Part shown: piece by piece, positions 23,899-37,057 of the stretch
Position numbering within the stretch: the stretch's first letter is position 1
Layout: every line of letters starts with the position of its first letter
Origin: Hamiltosporidium tvaerminnensis FI-OER-3-3
Lineage: Eukaryota; Fungi; Microsporidia
Length of the DNA stretch: 64,000 bases
Reading direction: 5' to 3'
Assembly (NCBI GenBank): GCA_022605425.2
Contig: CM061247.1
Location: forward strand, 248,001-312,000
Notes under the pieces: generated by a model
Told to the model about the DNA's origin: nothing
Seen by the model: the letters and a program-made list of their open reading frames with translations, nothing else
The model's database searches: none
Position numbers and translations under genes: made by a program

Positions 23899-25575
23899 TT
23901 AGTTAGTTTCGTTATATTTTCTCTTTTCTTTTAATATTTCTTTAAGTCCTCGTTCCGACTTTCTAAAATTTGGATGTGTCACATCAATAGCATAATCTCT
24001 AGACTCATAGATATTAGCAAATCTCTCATCATTTGGATTAAAAATAAATTCGGATTTTTTAGATTTTTTATTTTCGATATTTTTCTTTTCTTTCTGTTTA
24101 ATTTTTTTAACAGAAATATTATTCTTTGTTTCCAAACTATTTTTATGAGGTTCATCAATTTTATTTTCATTTGAAAATTGATTAGAATTCTCATCAGAAA
24201 TATCAATTAATTTATTTGCTAATCTTTCATCCATTATTTCTTGTTCAAATAATTTCTTAAAAAAGTTTTCTCTTTTAATATCGACATCCCATTCATATTT
24301 AATTTTATTTTGAAATACCAATGATCTGGGTACTTTACAATATTCATAATTTGAAGTGTTTGTAACAATTTGAATTATATTTTCTAATTTGAAATTATCC
24401 GGTAAAAAGCGTAAATCGTAATAATTCATCGATTCTTCTAATTCTAAACCATCACATATTTCATAAATTCTTTCTGCTGCTAGCACATCTCTAAATTCAG
24501 CGACCACCATAAAACATTTTCGTTTTTCCAATAAATATTTACGTAGTTGCATTTGATCTTTATCCTTTTCTTCTTTACCATCAACTTTAATAGTACCAAT
24601 CTCAGGTAAATCATCCTTTTCGTTTGATTTTTTACAAAAATTAACCGAAATTAATTCGTCTTCAGAATTTAAAAAAGATTTAAATTGAAAAAAAATATCT
24701 TCCGGTTTAATAAAATCCCAGTCTAAATTCAAAACTGCTAATCTTTTTGTGGATATTCCATAATCCATTTCATTTTCATTTACATCTTTGATTAATTTAT
24801 TAATTCTCTTTATTTTTTCAAGTTTTTGCTTTGAAATTTCATTAGTTTTATCTTCGGTTTTAGATTTTCTGTTTTCTGATTCTTCTTTTTTGATTTCTGC
24901 TTTTATATTATCTTCGGTTTTAGATTTTCTGTTTTCTGATTCTTCTTTTTTGATTTCTGCTTTTATATTATCTTCGGTTTTAGATTTTGTATCTTTTAAT
25001 TTTTCTTCTTTAGTTTTGGTATTTTGATTTTCTTCGAGCTTAGATTTTTTATTTTCTGATTCTTCTTTTGTATTTGTTGAATTTTTATTTTCTATTTGTT
25101 CCCTTTTTTTATTTTTTATTTTTTTATTTTTCTCGGTTTTAGATTTTTCACATTCAATTTCTTCTTTCAAATCTTTTTTTTCTTTTTCATACTCTCTAAT
25201 TTCCTGAGCACCTTCGATTTCTAAATCTTTATTTCTCAAGCTATTACTCAGTTTATAATCTATATTGTCAAACGAAATAGAATTTTCTTTGTTAGTAATA
25301 TGATTTTTATCCAATTTCTTGCCAGATTTTTTATTATCATTTTTTAAAATGTTTAGATTTTCATCTTCTTCATTTCGGTTTACTTTTAATTTATCTTCAA
25401 CTTTTTTTAAAGAAATTTCCGATCGTTTATTTGTCTTCTTAATTTTATTTTTACTATCTATGTTTTTATTATTAAGATTGTTTACATCCTCTCTATACAC
25501 ATCTGCTTCTAAATTATCATTTTGTTGTTTTTCTTTTATTTTTATATTTTTTGATTTGCTTGATTTTTTATCCAT
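23899..25575 (-). CDS. ESF1: Pre-rRNA processing protein ESF1
   Basis: Motifs TKRLAVLNLDWD, QLRKY and IYEICDGLELEESMNYYDLRF, plus a C-terminal NUC153-like DERFANIYESRDYAIDVTHPNF. CCC motif upstream. Confidence 0.92.
   Translation of the reverse strand: MDKKSSKSKNIKIKEKQQNDNLEADVYREDVNNLNNKNIDSKNKIKKTNKRSEISLKKVEDKLKVNRNEEDENLNILKNDNKKSGKKLDKNHITNKENSISFDNIDYKLSNSLRNKDLEIEGAQEIREYEKEKKDLKEEIECEKSKTEKNKKIKNKKREQIENKNSTNTKEESENKKSKLEENQNTKTKEEKLKDTKSKTEDNIKAEIKKEESENRKSKTEDNIKAEIKKEESENRKSKTEDKTNEISKQKLEKIKRINKLIKDVNENEMDYGISTKRLAVLNLDWDFIKPEDIFFQFKSFLNSEDELISVNFCKKSNEKDDLPEIGTIKVDGKEEKDKDQMQLRKYLLEKRKCFMVVAEFRDVLAAERIYEICDGLELEESMNYYDLRFLPDNFKLENIIQIVTNTSNYEYCKVPRSLVFQNKIKYEWDVDIKRENFFKKLFEQEIMDERLANKLIDISDENSNQFSNENKIDEPHKNSLETKNNISVKKIKQKEKKNIENKKSKKSEFIFNPNDERFANIYESRDYAIDVTHPNFRKSERGLKEILKEKRKYNETN
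24848..24987. repeat. 60-bp coding tandem repeat within ESF1
   Basis: KSKTEDNIKAEIKKEESENR repeated ~2.3 times. Confidence 0.85.
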
Positions 25576-26920
25576 AAATAAAGGGTAGAGTAGTAGAATA
25601 TAAAAGTTACATGAAGATAATCAAATTTGAAGAAATATAAAAATCGAACACTAAAAATAAAATTAAAATTTATATTAATTAAAGAAAAACCGATTTTTTT
25701 TATTAAAAACTGTACTATCAGTTTTATTTATGGAAAGAGTAAAATTTATATTTTCTAGCTTGTTTTTGTTCGTGTTGAACAACTGCTACAACTACTTCAT
25801 AAATTTGTCGAATAGATGAGGGTGGTTTGTGGAAATGTTTTTTTTAAAAATTTTGATTTATCAACCAAATGCTAAATTTGTTTGTTTAGTTGTGAGAAAG
25901 CAATTAAAATTATTTTAAGATTGATAATTATCTTGCTATATAGGATCAAACTGTTCTTTTTGGTTCGAATCAAATCCATAGATTTTCAACTAACTTTGTT
26001 ACCGTTGAGTTTGCTGTATTGAGAAAACCGAAAGAGCAACTTGATGATACACACTCTCTTTCTTTTTTTAAAGTTAATTTAAATTTTTTTGACTCCGAGC
26101 TAATTTTCTTATGTTTTTCTTGGTTAAATTACCTCTTCCGAGTCTTACCTATCTCACCTTTGTATTCGACTTTCAATCTGTATTCGAATCAAAGTATATC
26201 TTTCGATATTTTGTCTTATATTTGACTTTGAAACTGTATTTGGAATGGCATAACATATTCGTTCTTGTTAGATGTCATGTAATAGGAGACATTACTTGAT
26301 TATATTACAAGCTTTTTGTATGCAAAGACTTTATTTCCAAATTATCAGTAACATTTGATCTTGAATCTAAGCATTCTTGTCAATAAAAATATGAGGTTTT
26401 GAATGCTTCAATATCGCTATCAACTACACATTTGTACACAAAAAAAGTTTTAAAATTAAAATTTATTTTTTAATATTCATAATAATTGTAATTCGATAAA
26501 AGTTTTATCGAACGGCAAGGTTTGCGAGCCAAAAAAATTGTGAACAAACAAATTTAATTTTAATTCAAATAAGTATATTTTTAGTCTTAAAAATTTTTAG
26601 CACATAAAGACTGAGAAATCGTTCATTGTCTTAGTTCAATATCTGGCTTGACAATTCTATGATTTTATGTAGTATGGATTGTCCTCAATATGACCATTTC
26701 ACGCAGTGAAAAACCCGAATTAGATATATTCGTATTACTTATTGTCGTAATTTCTCTCTAGGCATCCAGATAAAAATATCTTTGATAGAGACATGTTCTA
26801 TTTCTTAAAATAAGGGTTTTGCTGGCCCTTATAACCAATTTATTGTTTTTTAAAATGAAAGATTTATTTATATTAATACTCCAGTTCCTTTGATTTCTTT
26901 CTTCCACCTTTTGAGTTTTA

Positions 26921-27641
26921 ATTTATTTAAAAGTATCACATCTTTTTAAAATAGTGGCAAGTGTTATATTTGTTTTCATGACATTATCGCATTTCTAGGT
27001 TTAACATAAATAACTGTTACCCCAACACTCCATCGGTAACCCCTGAGATACCTACGTTTCAAAGCCTTTCATCTACTAGGCGTGTAGAACCCAATTAATA
27101 GGTGAGGCAGTTGCCCGGTTTTCTTTAATTTCCGTTGCATGGAGTGTGATCTAAGGTCAACGCCCCCTCTGGCTCCCCAAAACTATGTAGCATTCCTACT
27201 TACTCTACATTTTCCGAACCCAATAAACTTATAGCTAAGACATATTTCAGAGACTTACATGGGGTCCACCTAGACAGTGTAATGTCATACCAACAGGTAT
27301 AACCTGTTCCTAGCTCTCCCGGTTTTCAATGGTATTTATTTTTATATCTCCCAAGCGCTAAGTCTTCTAACCCGAGTGAGCAAGGCTAGGTTTTCATGTT
27401 TTTACATGGCAATTACCTAAATGCTTAGCTGCGGTCTGCAATCTGGTTACATAAAAAACTACGAATAAATTTGTAGAAAAAGTTTCGCCATTTCGTAGAC
27501 CTCTCCTCATAACAACTCCCATAAACAACCGAAGATATAGCATGGTTTTATTCCTACCAAAAATTCAAACAATGATCTCATACCAGTTTCACACATTTAT
27601 TACCAAGCAGAAAGTTTTTTATGTGTTTATCCACCCTCCAC
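26921..27641 (-). mobile_element. ~730-bp dispersed element, copy B
   Basis: Reverse-complement copy, head-to-head with LRR gene 1. Confidence 0.9.
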
Positions 27642-27776
27642 ATTACATGAATATATATTATTATTCCAAAATCATTTTTTAATTATTTTTTTTTCTAAAA
27701 TTGCGTTTTAATATTAAATAAATTAAAAAAAAAGATAAATTAAACGAAAATAAATTAAAAAAATATCCCTGATTAT

Positions 27777-29996
27777 ATGGAATACCTATATTTTGCCGCA
27801 ATAGTATTAAACCAGATATATGCAAATCAGTTTGTAGATTTCTATTTCAAATGGGAAGGAGTTAACTTAAATAAAGAATCAACATCAATCAAAGATTTGG
27901 AACTCACAAATGATGAAAAACAACAGTTAAAAGATCTGAGACCATATCGAGAAATAGCAAAAAAGATTAAGAATAAAGAGAACACACCTTTATTTACAAC
28001 GAATTCCAATAATAATACCATAAAAATAATCTATCCAGGAAATATCAAATTCAAAATAGGAATTATTGAGAATATGAAATGTCAAAAGAAGCCAAGATTA
28101 TATATTGGTCATTTAATATCAAAAGAGGTATTTGAGTTTTTGATAGAAATAGTATGTGATCTAACTGATATCGATTTTCAATTACCTGCTTTTTTATATA
28201 TACAATTAATCAATGGTATTATATCGTTAATACCGGAAACAAATTTATATTTTCGTAAGTTACTTTCACGTCTGAATTATTGGGCTTTTACTGGAAATCA
28301 TTTAAATGAAATCATCATGAAAAAGAATAATTTGAATTTTGATAATTGTTTAATCAAAAGATTTTTTTATATGACTGCCCTCATTTCATATTTGAATTAT
28401 ATTAACATTTCCGTGTGTTTTTTTGGTTCTAATATAGTCCTTGATTATGCATATGTAACTTATTGTGATATTTACCCAAAGAAAGAAGAATTGGTGAAGG
28501 AACTCAGTTTACAGTTCACGGGTAGATGCTTAAATAGTTTTTTTGCAAGTATAAATGAAAAAAATAATAAAATTTTGTATGAATGGATATTATGTGGAAT
28601 AGAGAATATCGTAAGTATAACATTTTTCGAATGTAATTTTTCCAACCTGATAAATGTTAACGAATCGATAAATTGTTTATTATATAAAGAAAACATGTCT
28701 TTGCAATTAAAAAATTGCATTTCTTCGAATAATTATATTAGAAATATCAATCAGTGCCGATCGAAGAATCTTGCTAAAATGAAATTAGAGGATTTGTATT
28801 TAACTTCAGAAGATCTTGTAAGTTTAATAGAATTTGAAAATATTGATGATATTGAGTTTGATAACTGTATTTTTGACGAGGATGAAATACCAGGGAAGTT
28901 TACATTTGTTTTTTTGTCCATAAAAATTAAAAATATGAAAATTGGAAATTCAATGATAAGTTTTTTGAAAAGAGGTTTTTCCGACTTTTTATACTTTGAA
29001 AATATTAATTCAATGATGTCTTTTAGCACATTAAATCTTTTTTCCGATCCAGAGCGTTCACGATTTGTCCGTGTGATAGAATTGGTAGATTTGAATCTAA
29101 AAGAAAACTTTTTTGATTTAACTTATAATTTTCCAAATTTGATTTTCATATCAATTAAATCAGTGAAATATTTAACTTTCAAAATCAACAATAAAGAAAA
29201 GCTGGAATCTATTGGATTAAAAAAAATTTCGATAAAAGATTGTTGTTTACCAAATGTCGCGAGGAATATTTGGTATATTCCATCTCTAGATTTTCTTGTT
29301 TTGTATCGAATTAAAAATATTGCGTCATTTTTTAACAATTTAAAAGACAAAAAATTCATTAAAATATTAAAAACATTGAAGTGTAAGAGTAACATTTTAA
29401 ATCATTCTGATATAGAAAAAATATCCGTGTTTACGAACCTTGAAAATTTAAAATTACAGAGCTGTAATCTAGATTCCTCTCATTTAATTTATATTAAGAA
29501 GCTTACATCCCATGCCGAATTCCGCAGAATAATTTTGACGAATAATAAAATAAGAAATGTTCCAGATGAATGTAAAGGTATTTTTGAGAATACTGAGCTT
29601 GTAATTTTAGCTCGTTGTGATTTTTCTGCTGGCTCTATTCATTTATTATTTAATGTTTCAGAATCATGTAAAATTTTAACGCTAGATTTCAGTTATAATT
29701 CTTTAAATAGAAATGATCTCTTATTTATAAGCGGTTTTAGAAAATTGGTAGTTCTTAAAATAAACGGAATTAAATTTGAAGGTGATGCCGAGCTTGATAA
29801 TTTAACTTCGAAGGGGTTGACAAATAATTTGAAACATTTGGAAATAAAACAACTGAATATTTGTACGAAGGATATCGAAGCTTTGTCTAAATTTATAGCT
29901 TTGAACGAAATTAGATTATCCGAAGCGGCTTATAGAGTTTTAAAAGAGTCAAATATAAAAATTCCGTGTAAATATATTAAAACTGAAAATAAATGA
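27777..29996 (+). CDS. Signal-peptide, leucine-rich-repeat-like protein, paralog 1
   Basis: 739 aa, with a hydrophobic N-terminus (MEYLYFAAIVLNQIYA) and LRR-like motifs LENLKLQSCNL and LTLDFSYNSL. CCC motif upstream. Confidence 0.88.
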   Translation: MEYLYFAAIVLNQIYANQFVDFYFKWEGVNLNKESTSIKDLELTNDEKQQLKDLRPYREIAKKIKNKENTPLFTTNSNNNTIKIIYPGNIKFKIGIIENMKCQKKPRLYIGHLISKEVFEFLIEIVCDLTDIDFQLPAFLYIQLINGIISLIPETNLYFRKLLSRLNYWAFTGNHLNEIIMKKNNLNFDNCLIKRFFYMTALISYLNYINISVCFFGSNIVLDYAYVTYCDIYPKKEELVKELSLQFTGRCLNSFFASINEKNNKILYEWILCGIENIVSITFFECNFSNLINVNESINCLLYKENMSLQLKNCISSNNYIRNINQCRSKNLAKMKLEDLYLTSEDLVSLIEFENIDDIEFDNCIFDEDEIPGKFTFVFLSIKIKNMKIGNSMISFLKRGFSDFLYFENINSMMSFSTLNLFSDPERSRFVRVIELVDLNLKENFFDLTYNFPNLIFISIKSVKYLTFKINNKEKLESIGLKKISIKDCCLPNVARNIWYIPSLDFLVLYRIKNIASFFNNLKDKKFIKILKTLKCKSNILNHSDIEKISVFTNLENLKLQSCNLDSSHLIYIKKLTSHAEFRRIILTNNKIRNVPDECKGIFENTELVILARCDFSAGSIHLLFNVSESCKILTLDFSYNSLNRNDLLFISGFRKLVVLKINGIKFEGDAELDNLTSKGLTNNLKHLEIKQLNICTKDIEALSKFIALNEIRLSEAAYRVLKESNIKIPCKYIKTENK

Positions 29997-31747
29997 TTCG
30001 GATGAAACTAAAAAGTAAAAAGTTTTTTAGATTTTTAGATTTATCTAGTTATTTTTTATATTACTTAAACTTTTTAATGGCATAGTATTCAATAATTTAA
30101 TATTATAAGTCTACATTGATGTGGAATCTATATATGGAGTTTACTCATATAATGAACCAAAAAAATATTTCTTTTAACCTCCTTTATAAATAGTAACATT
30201 CTAGTTTTCTTCGGCAGAACTTTCTATAGAAAGTTTCATTATTTTTTAATTTATATAGTTTTTGGCGGAAAGTTTGGCAAAAATTAAATTGCATGAAGAT
30301 AATTTTAACTATACTAGAAATAAAATTGATAAAACAATACCTAGCTCATAGAAATAATGTGCTTTCTTGGAAATCTTCGCAGTAAAAAAAGTTTGTTTTT
30401 ATAATAAACAAGAAACTAAGCGTTTTCAAACGACAATTTGTTTGATAGAAAATAAAAATATTTATAAAGAGGCAGTCACTGAAGACGATTATGAAAAACA
30501 GCATGCTATATATTTACACTTCACCTACCTGGTCACAAAGGAACTGAAGCAATTTATGTAAAATAAAAAACTAGCCCTATATAGTGTCAATGAAAAAAAT
30601 AACAATCATGCCTCAAATTACTTGAACAACAAGAGATATCAATTATAGTACCAAGTTACAAATTATAACAGTATTTTGACGACAACGTGGAACATCGTCA
30701 AAAAATTGTATAAATCATAGAAAACGTCAAAATAAATATAGAGGATATAAGTGAGTTGCATAAGTTTTGATTATTATTCAAAAATTCTTTTTTCGTTTTC
30801 CTTTAAAAATATAACAGCCGAGAACATTTTACCTACCCTAAAGCTAATATTTATGTATAAAAATCACACAATTGTTTTACGACTGCGACAACACCCGGGA
30901 ATCCAATTTTTCGTATGTCACAAAACTTCCATCTTAGCACAACCCTAGGTTTGTAAGATATAGCCAAACCCTCCTCCCAACAAAAGTCAACTCGAAAGAC
31001 ACAATAACAAAGTTTTGAGGTAAATCTTGAAAGCACTATCAGGCATGGAAATAAAAAAATCGGGTAGAATTTCTTTATAAAATTGTATTTAAAAATAATC
31101 AGCATGACTAGGCCAATATATATGTCCCCAATGCGAAACTTAAAAGCCAAACAGGTATAGAAATATTTTATTCCAAAGCACAGTTCTACAAAATACAAAG
31201 AATTATTCGAAATAGAATAACAAGAATCAGTCATTGCACACAATTTAGAATTTATTGAAAAAATAAACATTATACTATTTATGGTAGGATGAAGCCGCAA
31301 GTCAGTATAATTATTCACGAAAGAAGTTATATGAAATATAGAGATGCTTATCTTTCAAAAAAGACGAAGATGCTGATGTTCATTACCACGGTATTGCATT
31401 TTATCAAGGTGAAGTAGTACTTTTTGTAAATCCTTTGATAAAAATCAACTGTTATGAGAAAAAAGATGAAAAGTATTTATCATAAATTAAACTGAAGTAT
31501 TAAAGAAAAGGTTGGCTCTGATAGTTCTCGGGGGCTTAGTGAAAAGATCTAAGAATACCAAAAGTAGTAGCTAAAAACCAACCAATCAAATTTAAAAACC
31601 AACTGAATTTTTTTTTCGTTTTTTTATTGCTCTTTTTGTTTTTTCTACTATTTTTTCCCTTAACTTCTTATTTTTGTTCCTTTTATTGATATTATAGTAT
31701 TGATTCATGTATATGTAAACGACTCCCTATATGAGTAAAGTCCATAT

Positions 31748-31968
31748 TTCATCAACACTACAGTCTCTTACGAGCCTTGGCCGCTCTCAGTAATACCTCC
31801 ACCGTCTTTTCCAATGGATTTGTTTAATTTTTCGGGTTTCGTAACAAGGTGGCTTTAAAAAGATTTTTTAGGTCACGTCCAACCCCAACCCGAAAGACCA
31901 GTCCTTTTAATCGCCTCTTACGACAAGCAGAGAATACTCCAAGCCAATTCTGTTCCTGGTGTGGTGAG
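31748..31968 (-). mobile_element. RTE-derived SINE-like element, diverged copy 2
   Basis: Shares gagccttgg, gggtttcgtaa and tcgcctcttacgacaagcagagaatactcc with 18084-18321. No clean TSD. Confidence 0.75.
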
Positions 31969-34900
31969 TAATAACTCCACATATAGGCACGAAAATTAAT
32001 GATAATAGGTTTTTATATTTGGTAATTTTTTGTATGTGAAATTAATCCTCTTACCTTGTTATTTTCAATTTTATAGCGTTCTGTGCATTTCATATGTTAA
32101 AGGCACATAAAATTGAAATTGTTTAGAATTCTTGCTTTCAATTATATTCAAATCTGAAATTGTGAAGATTAATTTAAAAATATATAAAAACGTGATGAAG
32201 ATATCACTTTACTGGATAATCATAATATTTATGTAACAGAAATTTTTACATTCATTTATTCGTTATATCTTTTTACCACTGTTTTTGACTACTATTTTAC
32301 TTGATTTTTTGAATTATTTTTCTAAGAAACTGATTTGCCTTGATTCAATAGTTTAAAATTTAATGTTATTCCTCTGTTTTATTATTTTCTTCCCACGGTT
32401 AATCTCTTTTTTTCAGTTCAAATTCAAATTTTTGTGCTATTATTTCGGATCCACGATGTGGTTAGTTCATCTAGAATAAAGTATATGAAACTTTTTGTCT
32501 TTACTTGGTTCTTGCAGAGAAATTTTAGTTTTTTCACGTGTTCCAACCTCTTTTATACACACCTTTATCTCTATCACAACTCTATTAAGTACTTATAAAT
32601 ACTAAAATTCTTCCTTGATCAAAACAAATTGCTTTGATGATTTTTTTAGCACTTAAATTGCATGTATTCCTCTAAGCTTGTGAGTGATAAGCATTTTATG
32701 ATTTATTTATGGAATAATGCCATAATATCAGTCTAAATTACAAAGAAAGTATTACCTAACTTTTATTGCTATTCTAGTTCTTTTTTATTTCTCGGTGGGA
32801 AGAATCAATATATGTAACACCAACGTGTTATTTTGCGGGCTAATGTCTTAGCATCTTCTGAGTTTATTCTTCTTTCACAGAAAGCCTATTTTAAGGAGTC
32901 TAACATTTAAAAATCCATGTTTGTTCTATATTTTCCATCAAATATCTTACTCTTACGTTTCATAAGCCATAGCACGATTTACACGCCGGTTCTTTGATTT
33001 TTGAAACATTTCTTTATTTTTTTTTATTAATTTCTTTTAATCGACTGTAAATTAGAATATTACTATCTCGGTATTACGCTATATATAAGCACCAACACAT
33101 TGGCTAAAAAATCATAAATCTTGATTCTTTCACTCGCAACTATTTAAAGTGAATCTTCAGTGGCAATTCCTACTTTAATACGAGTTATGATGTTTTAACG
33201 TTTACGCAAATAAGTATATCGAATATTTATTAGAAATTTTGACGCCATTTTTTTATTCTGATGTCTACGCTTAGTGTGAAAGGGAATAACTAAATTAAAA
33301 ACTAACTGAATGGCAACGGGTGTATTGAAATGTAGTGAATATCATTGTTGCCATTTTGGTGGGATATAAGTCATACTGGACATATAGGCCAACCCCCTAT
33401 AATGCTGAGTTATAACAAATTAAAAGAGGACTGGAATAAGTATGCATGTCTACACTTACTTTTGAATACTCGTTTTTAAGAACTTATGAACTGAGTGACA
33501 CCCTATTGATTTGATAAATTGGCTCTAGTCTATTTAAAGGGGGTAATCTAAGCATCCAACCATCTCATAGCTTAATCTTAATTTTTAGATTCTCCATGAA
33601 AAACAATTTTTAATCAAAAATCATATCTAAGTAAATTATTTTTATATCAGTTTATAAATCGATGCATCTATTTTATTTTGATTGACATAATTCTGGTTAA
33701 ACAATAAATTTTGATTGAGATAGAAATAATTCGAGTATTTGAAATCAGAATATCGAATTTCATGCATTGTGTATGAACTATATATATTTATTCCTCAAGA
33801 TTTCAAAGTTGGTATTCTTACATTCGCATTGCGTTTAGCTATAAAGAAACATATATATGACAATAAAAATTATTTCATACCAGGTTATTTTGTTAATCGT
33901 TTTTGCTTGCTTCATTCTGTTACTTTCCCCTTTTCAATCGATCTATATTAATGCTTAATGTTTTTATATTTTAAGACAATACTTTGATTTCGGTTCTTTT
34001 TTACTGCTTTAGGTGGTACTGATTTTGGAATTTGCTTGCTTAGCATTTTATATCTGATTAACAAATGCGCATAATAAGGATATGCATTGCTCGTATAAAT
34101 ATACCTGTAATATAATTTATATTAGGATTTTTTTAGACTTTTGTAAATTTAGAAGTTCAAAAGTGTCTAATAATACATGAAAGGTAGAGAAGCCACAATA
34201 AAACATGTTAAGAATTCCAAAAAAAAGGAATTTCTTGTAACTCCCATAATTTTTACAACCAAATTTTCAAATTAAGCTTCTATATACCAATTCATAAACT
34301 ATCTAATATATTAAATATTTTAAATACATATGTACTTACTAATTCCATTCCTCTTTAACCTCTCGTTTCGAGAATGAACAGCTTGAAAATTTCTAATTTC
34401 TTCTGTTAATCCGTTGTAACTCGTGATTATAGGTGATTGGCATAAGATCTGATGTGGTTTAAATCCTACCACAATAGCAGCAATGATTTACACGTATTTT
34501 ACACACTCGTCGCCATGCAGATAGGATTTAATGTGGATATCCTCTCTTCACCTATATATTTTAATTAAGAAATAAAGAAAATTCTCTGAAAATCAAAATC
34601 ACTATTTATTAATTATATTTTCATGGTTTATACCAGTGTATTTATAAACCATATCAGCTTTAAAAATGAAAATGTCGTTTAACGTTGGTTTTAAATTATT
34701 CCCTGAATGTGTCCTGATGTTACTTTTACTATTTACTTAAAATTTTATCATATAAAGCCAACCTTACATATAATCTAAACATTTCTATTTTATATTCTCA
34801 AAAAAAAGCAATCAAAAAACGTTTTTCAAACCAAAAGATGAGAATTAATTCATAAATAAATATTCATGGGAATCAGAGATTGAACACATAGAAACGATTT

Positions 34901-35279
34901 GTATTGGAACCAAAGACATAAAAAACACTCAATCTTTATACACATATGTACAGGTAAATTCTAGTTTAAAAAACATTCAAAATGCTTATATCTATCTATA
35001 TTGAATAATTGAAAATAAATATTGAATCAAAATACGTAAGAAGAAATAAACGCCAGAGAAAAATAAAACTTAAAGGTGACAGTATACAAATAAAGTAATT
35101 ACAAATCAATCTTAAATTATCAAATATTAAATTTATAATCCATCTCTAAATTTATATTTCCAAAGATACAATAAATATATTTTACGAAGCTATTATTTAT
35201 TTGAAAATATTTTTTTTTATCAAGAAGTTATAAATATTTTTTAGTGTAGTTTTTTAAAAAATGGTTTATCCCTTTTTAT

Positions 35280-36710
35280 ATGTCAGATGATTCTAATTTA
35301 ACAGTTTTAAACAATTTATCTGAAGATTGTAAGAAAATAATACATGAACCAGAAAAAAATATATTACTTGTAACACACATATTAAACTGTTCAACAGAAT
35401 ATTTATTACCTTTTAAAAACGATAATGATATAAAAAATATTATAAATTTATCACTTTTAAAAGTTTTTAAACATATTATTCCGTTATATAAAATAAGAAC
35501 TTCTAATGAAAAAGTTAAGCTGAATAAAGAACAAAAAAATATTATGGAATATGATAAGAAGTTGTTAAATGTGTACATATTTTATCTTAAATCTGTTTTT
35601 TGTAAAAATACATTTGAGAGTTATAAATGTGCATGTGAAATTTTAAATGAATTGGATCATTTTAATTTTTTAGAAAAATCTGTTAATAAAGTTTTAATTG
35701 GTACAATATCTGAACACGAAGAAATCAAAGAAATGTGTTTAGATTCTATTAAAAACAAATTAGAAGGTAATAATGAAGAAACGATATTTGTGATTATAAA
35801 TCAAATGTATAATTTAAAATTTTCCAGTAGTGGGTTTGAATTTTTGTTGAATATTAAATATTTAGAAGATAAAAAAATTTCAGATTTACAATTGGAAGAA
35901 AACGGTAAAAAAGATATTAAAATGGAAAAGAAAAACAAAAAAATGGAATTTCTTCAAAGGAAAAATGAAAAAAAGAAAACGAATGAAATATTTTTAAAAA
36001 ATTTAGAAAATAATAAAAATAAAATGAGTATTTGTGATAAAAAAAGAGAAAAAAGCAGAAGACTTAATGAAAGAATTATTGATGAAGTAGAAAATAGTGA
36101 AAATATTGATTCGAAAAGAAAAACATTAAAGAAAATAGTCGATGCGCTTTTAAGACTCTATTTTAGAGTTTTATACGATAAAAAAACCAATTTTTATCTT
36201 TTAACATTCGATGGTCTAATCAAATATAAAAGATTCATTTCACAATCTTTTTTAGAAGGTTTATTTCTAATGCTGAACAACTCAGAAATTCAAAATAATT
36301 CAAAGCTTGAAATTAATAAATTACTTTGCATTCAAAGTATTTTTGAAAATAGAAATTATGATTTTAAAAAATCTGTAAGTATCATTTATAAAATACTAAA
36401 ACCTTTAGAAATGGATATTGATAGAAATAATCTTGAAAAATTAAAAATTATTGTAATAAATCTTTTTATAAATATGAAGCAACCAATCAATAGAGTAAAT
36501 GCAATATTACATCGATTAATACAATTCTGTCTTATAAAAAGAGTTGATTTATTTCATGATTTGATTTTTATTCTAAAAAATAATTATTCAATAAATTTTA
36601 GTGATTTTGATCAAATAAACGCCAATAATTATTCTGAAGAAGATATAGATTTAGTATCTGAAAAAGCATTTTTTGAATTTCATACTTTTTTAAAAGTAGC
36701 AAATAAATAA
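35280..36710 (+). CDS. NOC3: Nucleolar complex protein 3-like
   Basis: SLLKVFKHIIPLYKIR (compare NOC3 SLLAVFKDIIPGYRIR), HFNF and LLRLYFRVL. CCC motif upstream. Confidence 0.82.
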   Translation: MSDDSNLTVLNNLSEDCKKIIHEPEKNILLVTHILNCSTEYLLPFKNDNDIKNIINLSLLKVFKHIIPLYKIRTSNEKVKLNKEQKNIMEYDKKLLNVYIFYLKSVFCKNTFESYKCACEILNELDHFNFLEKSVNKVLIGTISEHEEIKEMCLDSIKNKLEGNNEETIFVIINQMYNLKFSSSGFEFLLNIKYLEDKKISDLQLEENGKKDIKMEKKNKKMEFLQRKNEKKKTNEIFLKNLENNKNKMSICDKKREKSRRLNERIIDEVENSENIDSKRKTLKKIVDALLRLYFRVLYDKKTNFYLLTFDGLIKYKRFISQSFLEGLFLMLNNSEIQNNSKLEINKLLCIQSIFENRNYDFKKSVSIIYKILKPLEMDIDRNNLEKLKIIVINLFINMKQPINRVNAILHRLIQFCLIKRVDLFHDLIFILKNNYSINFSDFDQINANNYSEEDIDLVSEKAFFEFHTFLKVANK

Positions 36711-36874
36711 AAATTTATTTTTTTTAAAAAATATTTTGATTTTAAATTTTTACTAACTATTTTATGTTTAAAACCAAATAATTGGCAATAAAAGATTGTA
36801 AAATTTGTATTTTTAAAAAGGACACTTCTACACGAAAAAAAAGAAATTTATAAATAAAAAATAGAAAGTTAAAT

Positions 36875-37057
36875 TTAATAAATCTTTAACGTACTTCGCT
36901 TCCAATGCTTTCTCTTATAATTATAATGATGAGCAAATTCCTTCATTGATCTTTTCCAAGCTGGTACTGGTCTGTTTTTCTTCATAGCAGCTCCAAGTCG
37001 GATTTTTATTATATGCGTCTTTTTTGATCCCTAAAATTAAATAAAATCACTTACCAT
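36875..37057 (-). CDS. RPL39: 60S ribosomal protein L39 (52 aa), with a 24-nt intron (37031-37054) right after the ATG
   Basis: ATG|gtaagtgattttatttaattttag|GSKKTHIIKIRLGAAMKKNRPVPAWKRSMKEFAHHYNYKRKHWKRSTLKIY*. CCCC upstream. Absent from the ORF track. Confidence 0.95.

Noticed and set aside
25958-25975. B-box-like ggttcgaatc (also ggattcgagtcc near 51325)
   Set aside because: No A box or cloverleaf; no tRNA or rRNA genes were recognised in the window.
30360-31560. Possible degenerate integrase, including ORFs 30367, 30751 and 30851
   Set aside because: Only vague motif resemblance; catalytic residues cannot be identified.
33330-33400. TIR-like end ...ggacatataggccaaccc
   Set aside because: No partner inverted repeat or identifiable transposase was found.
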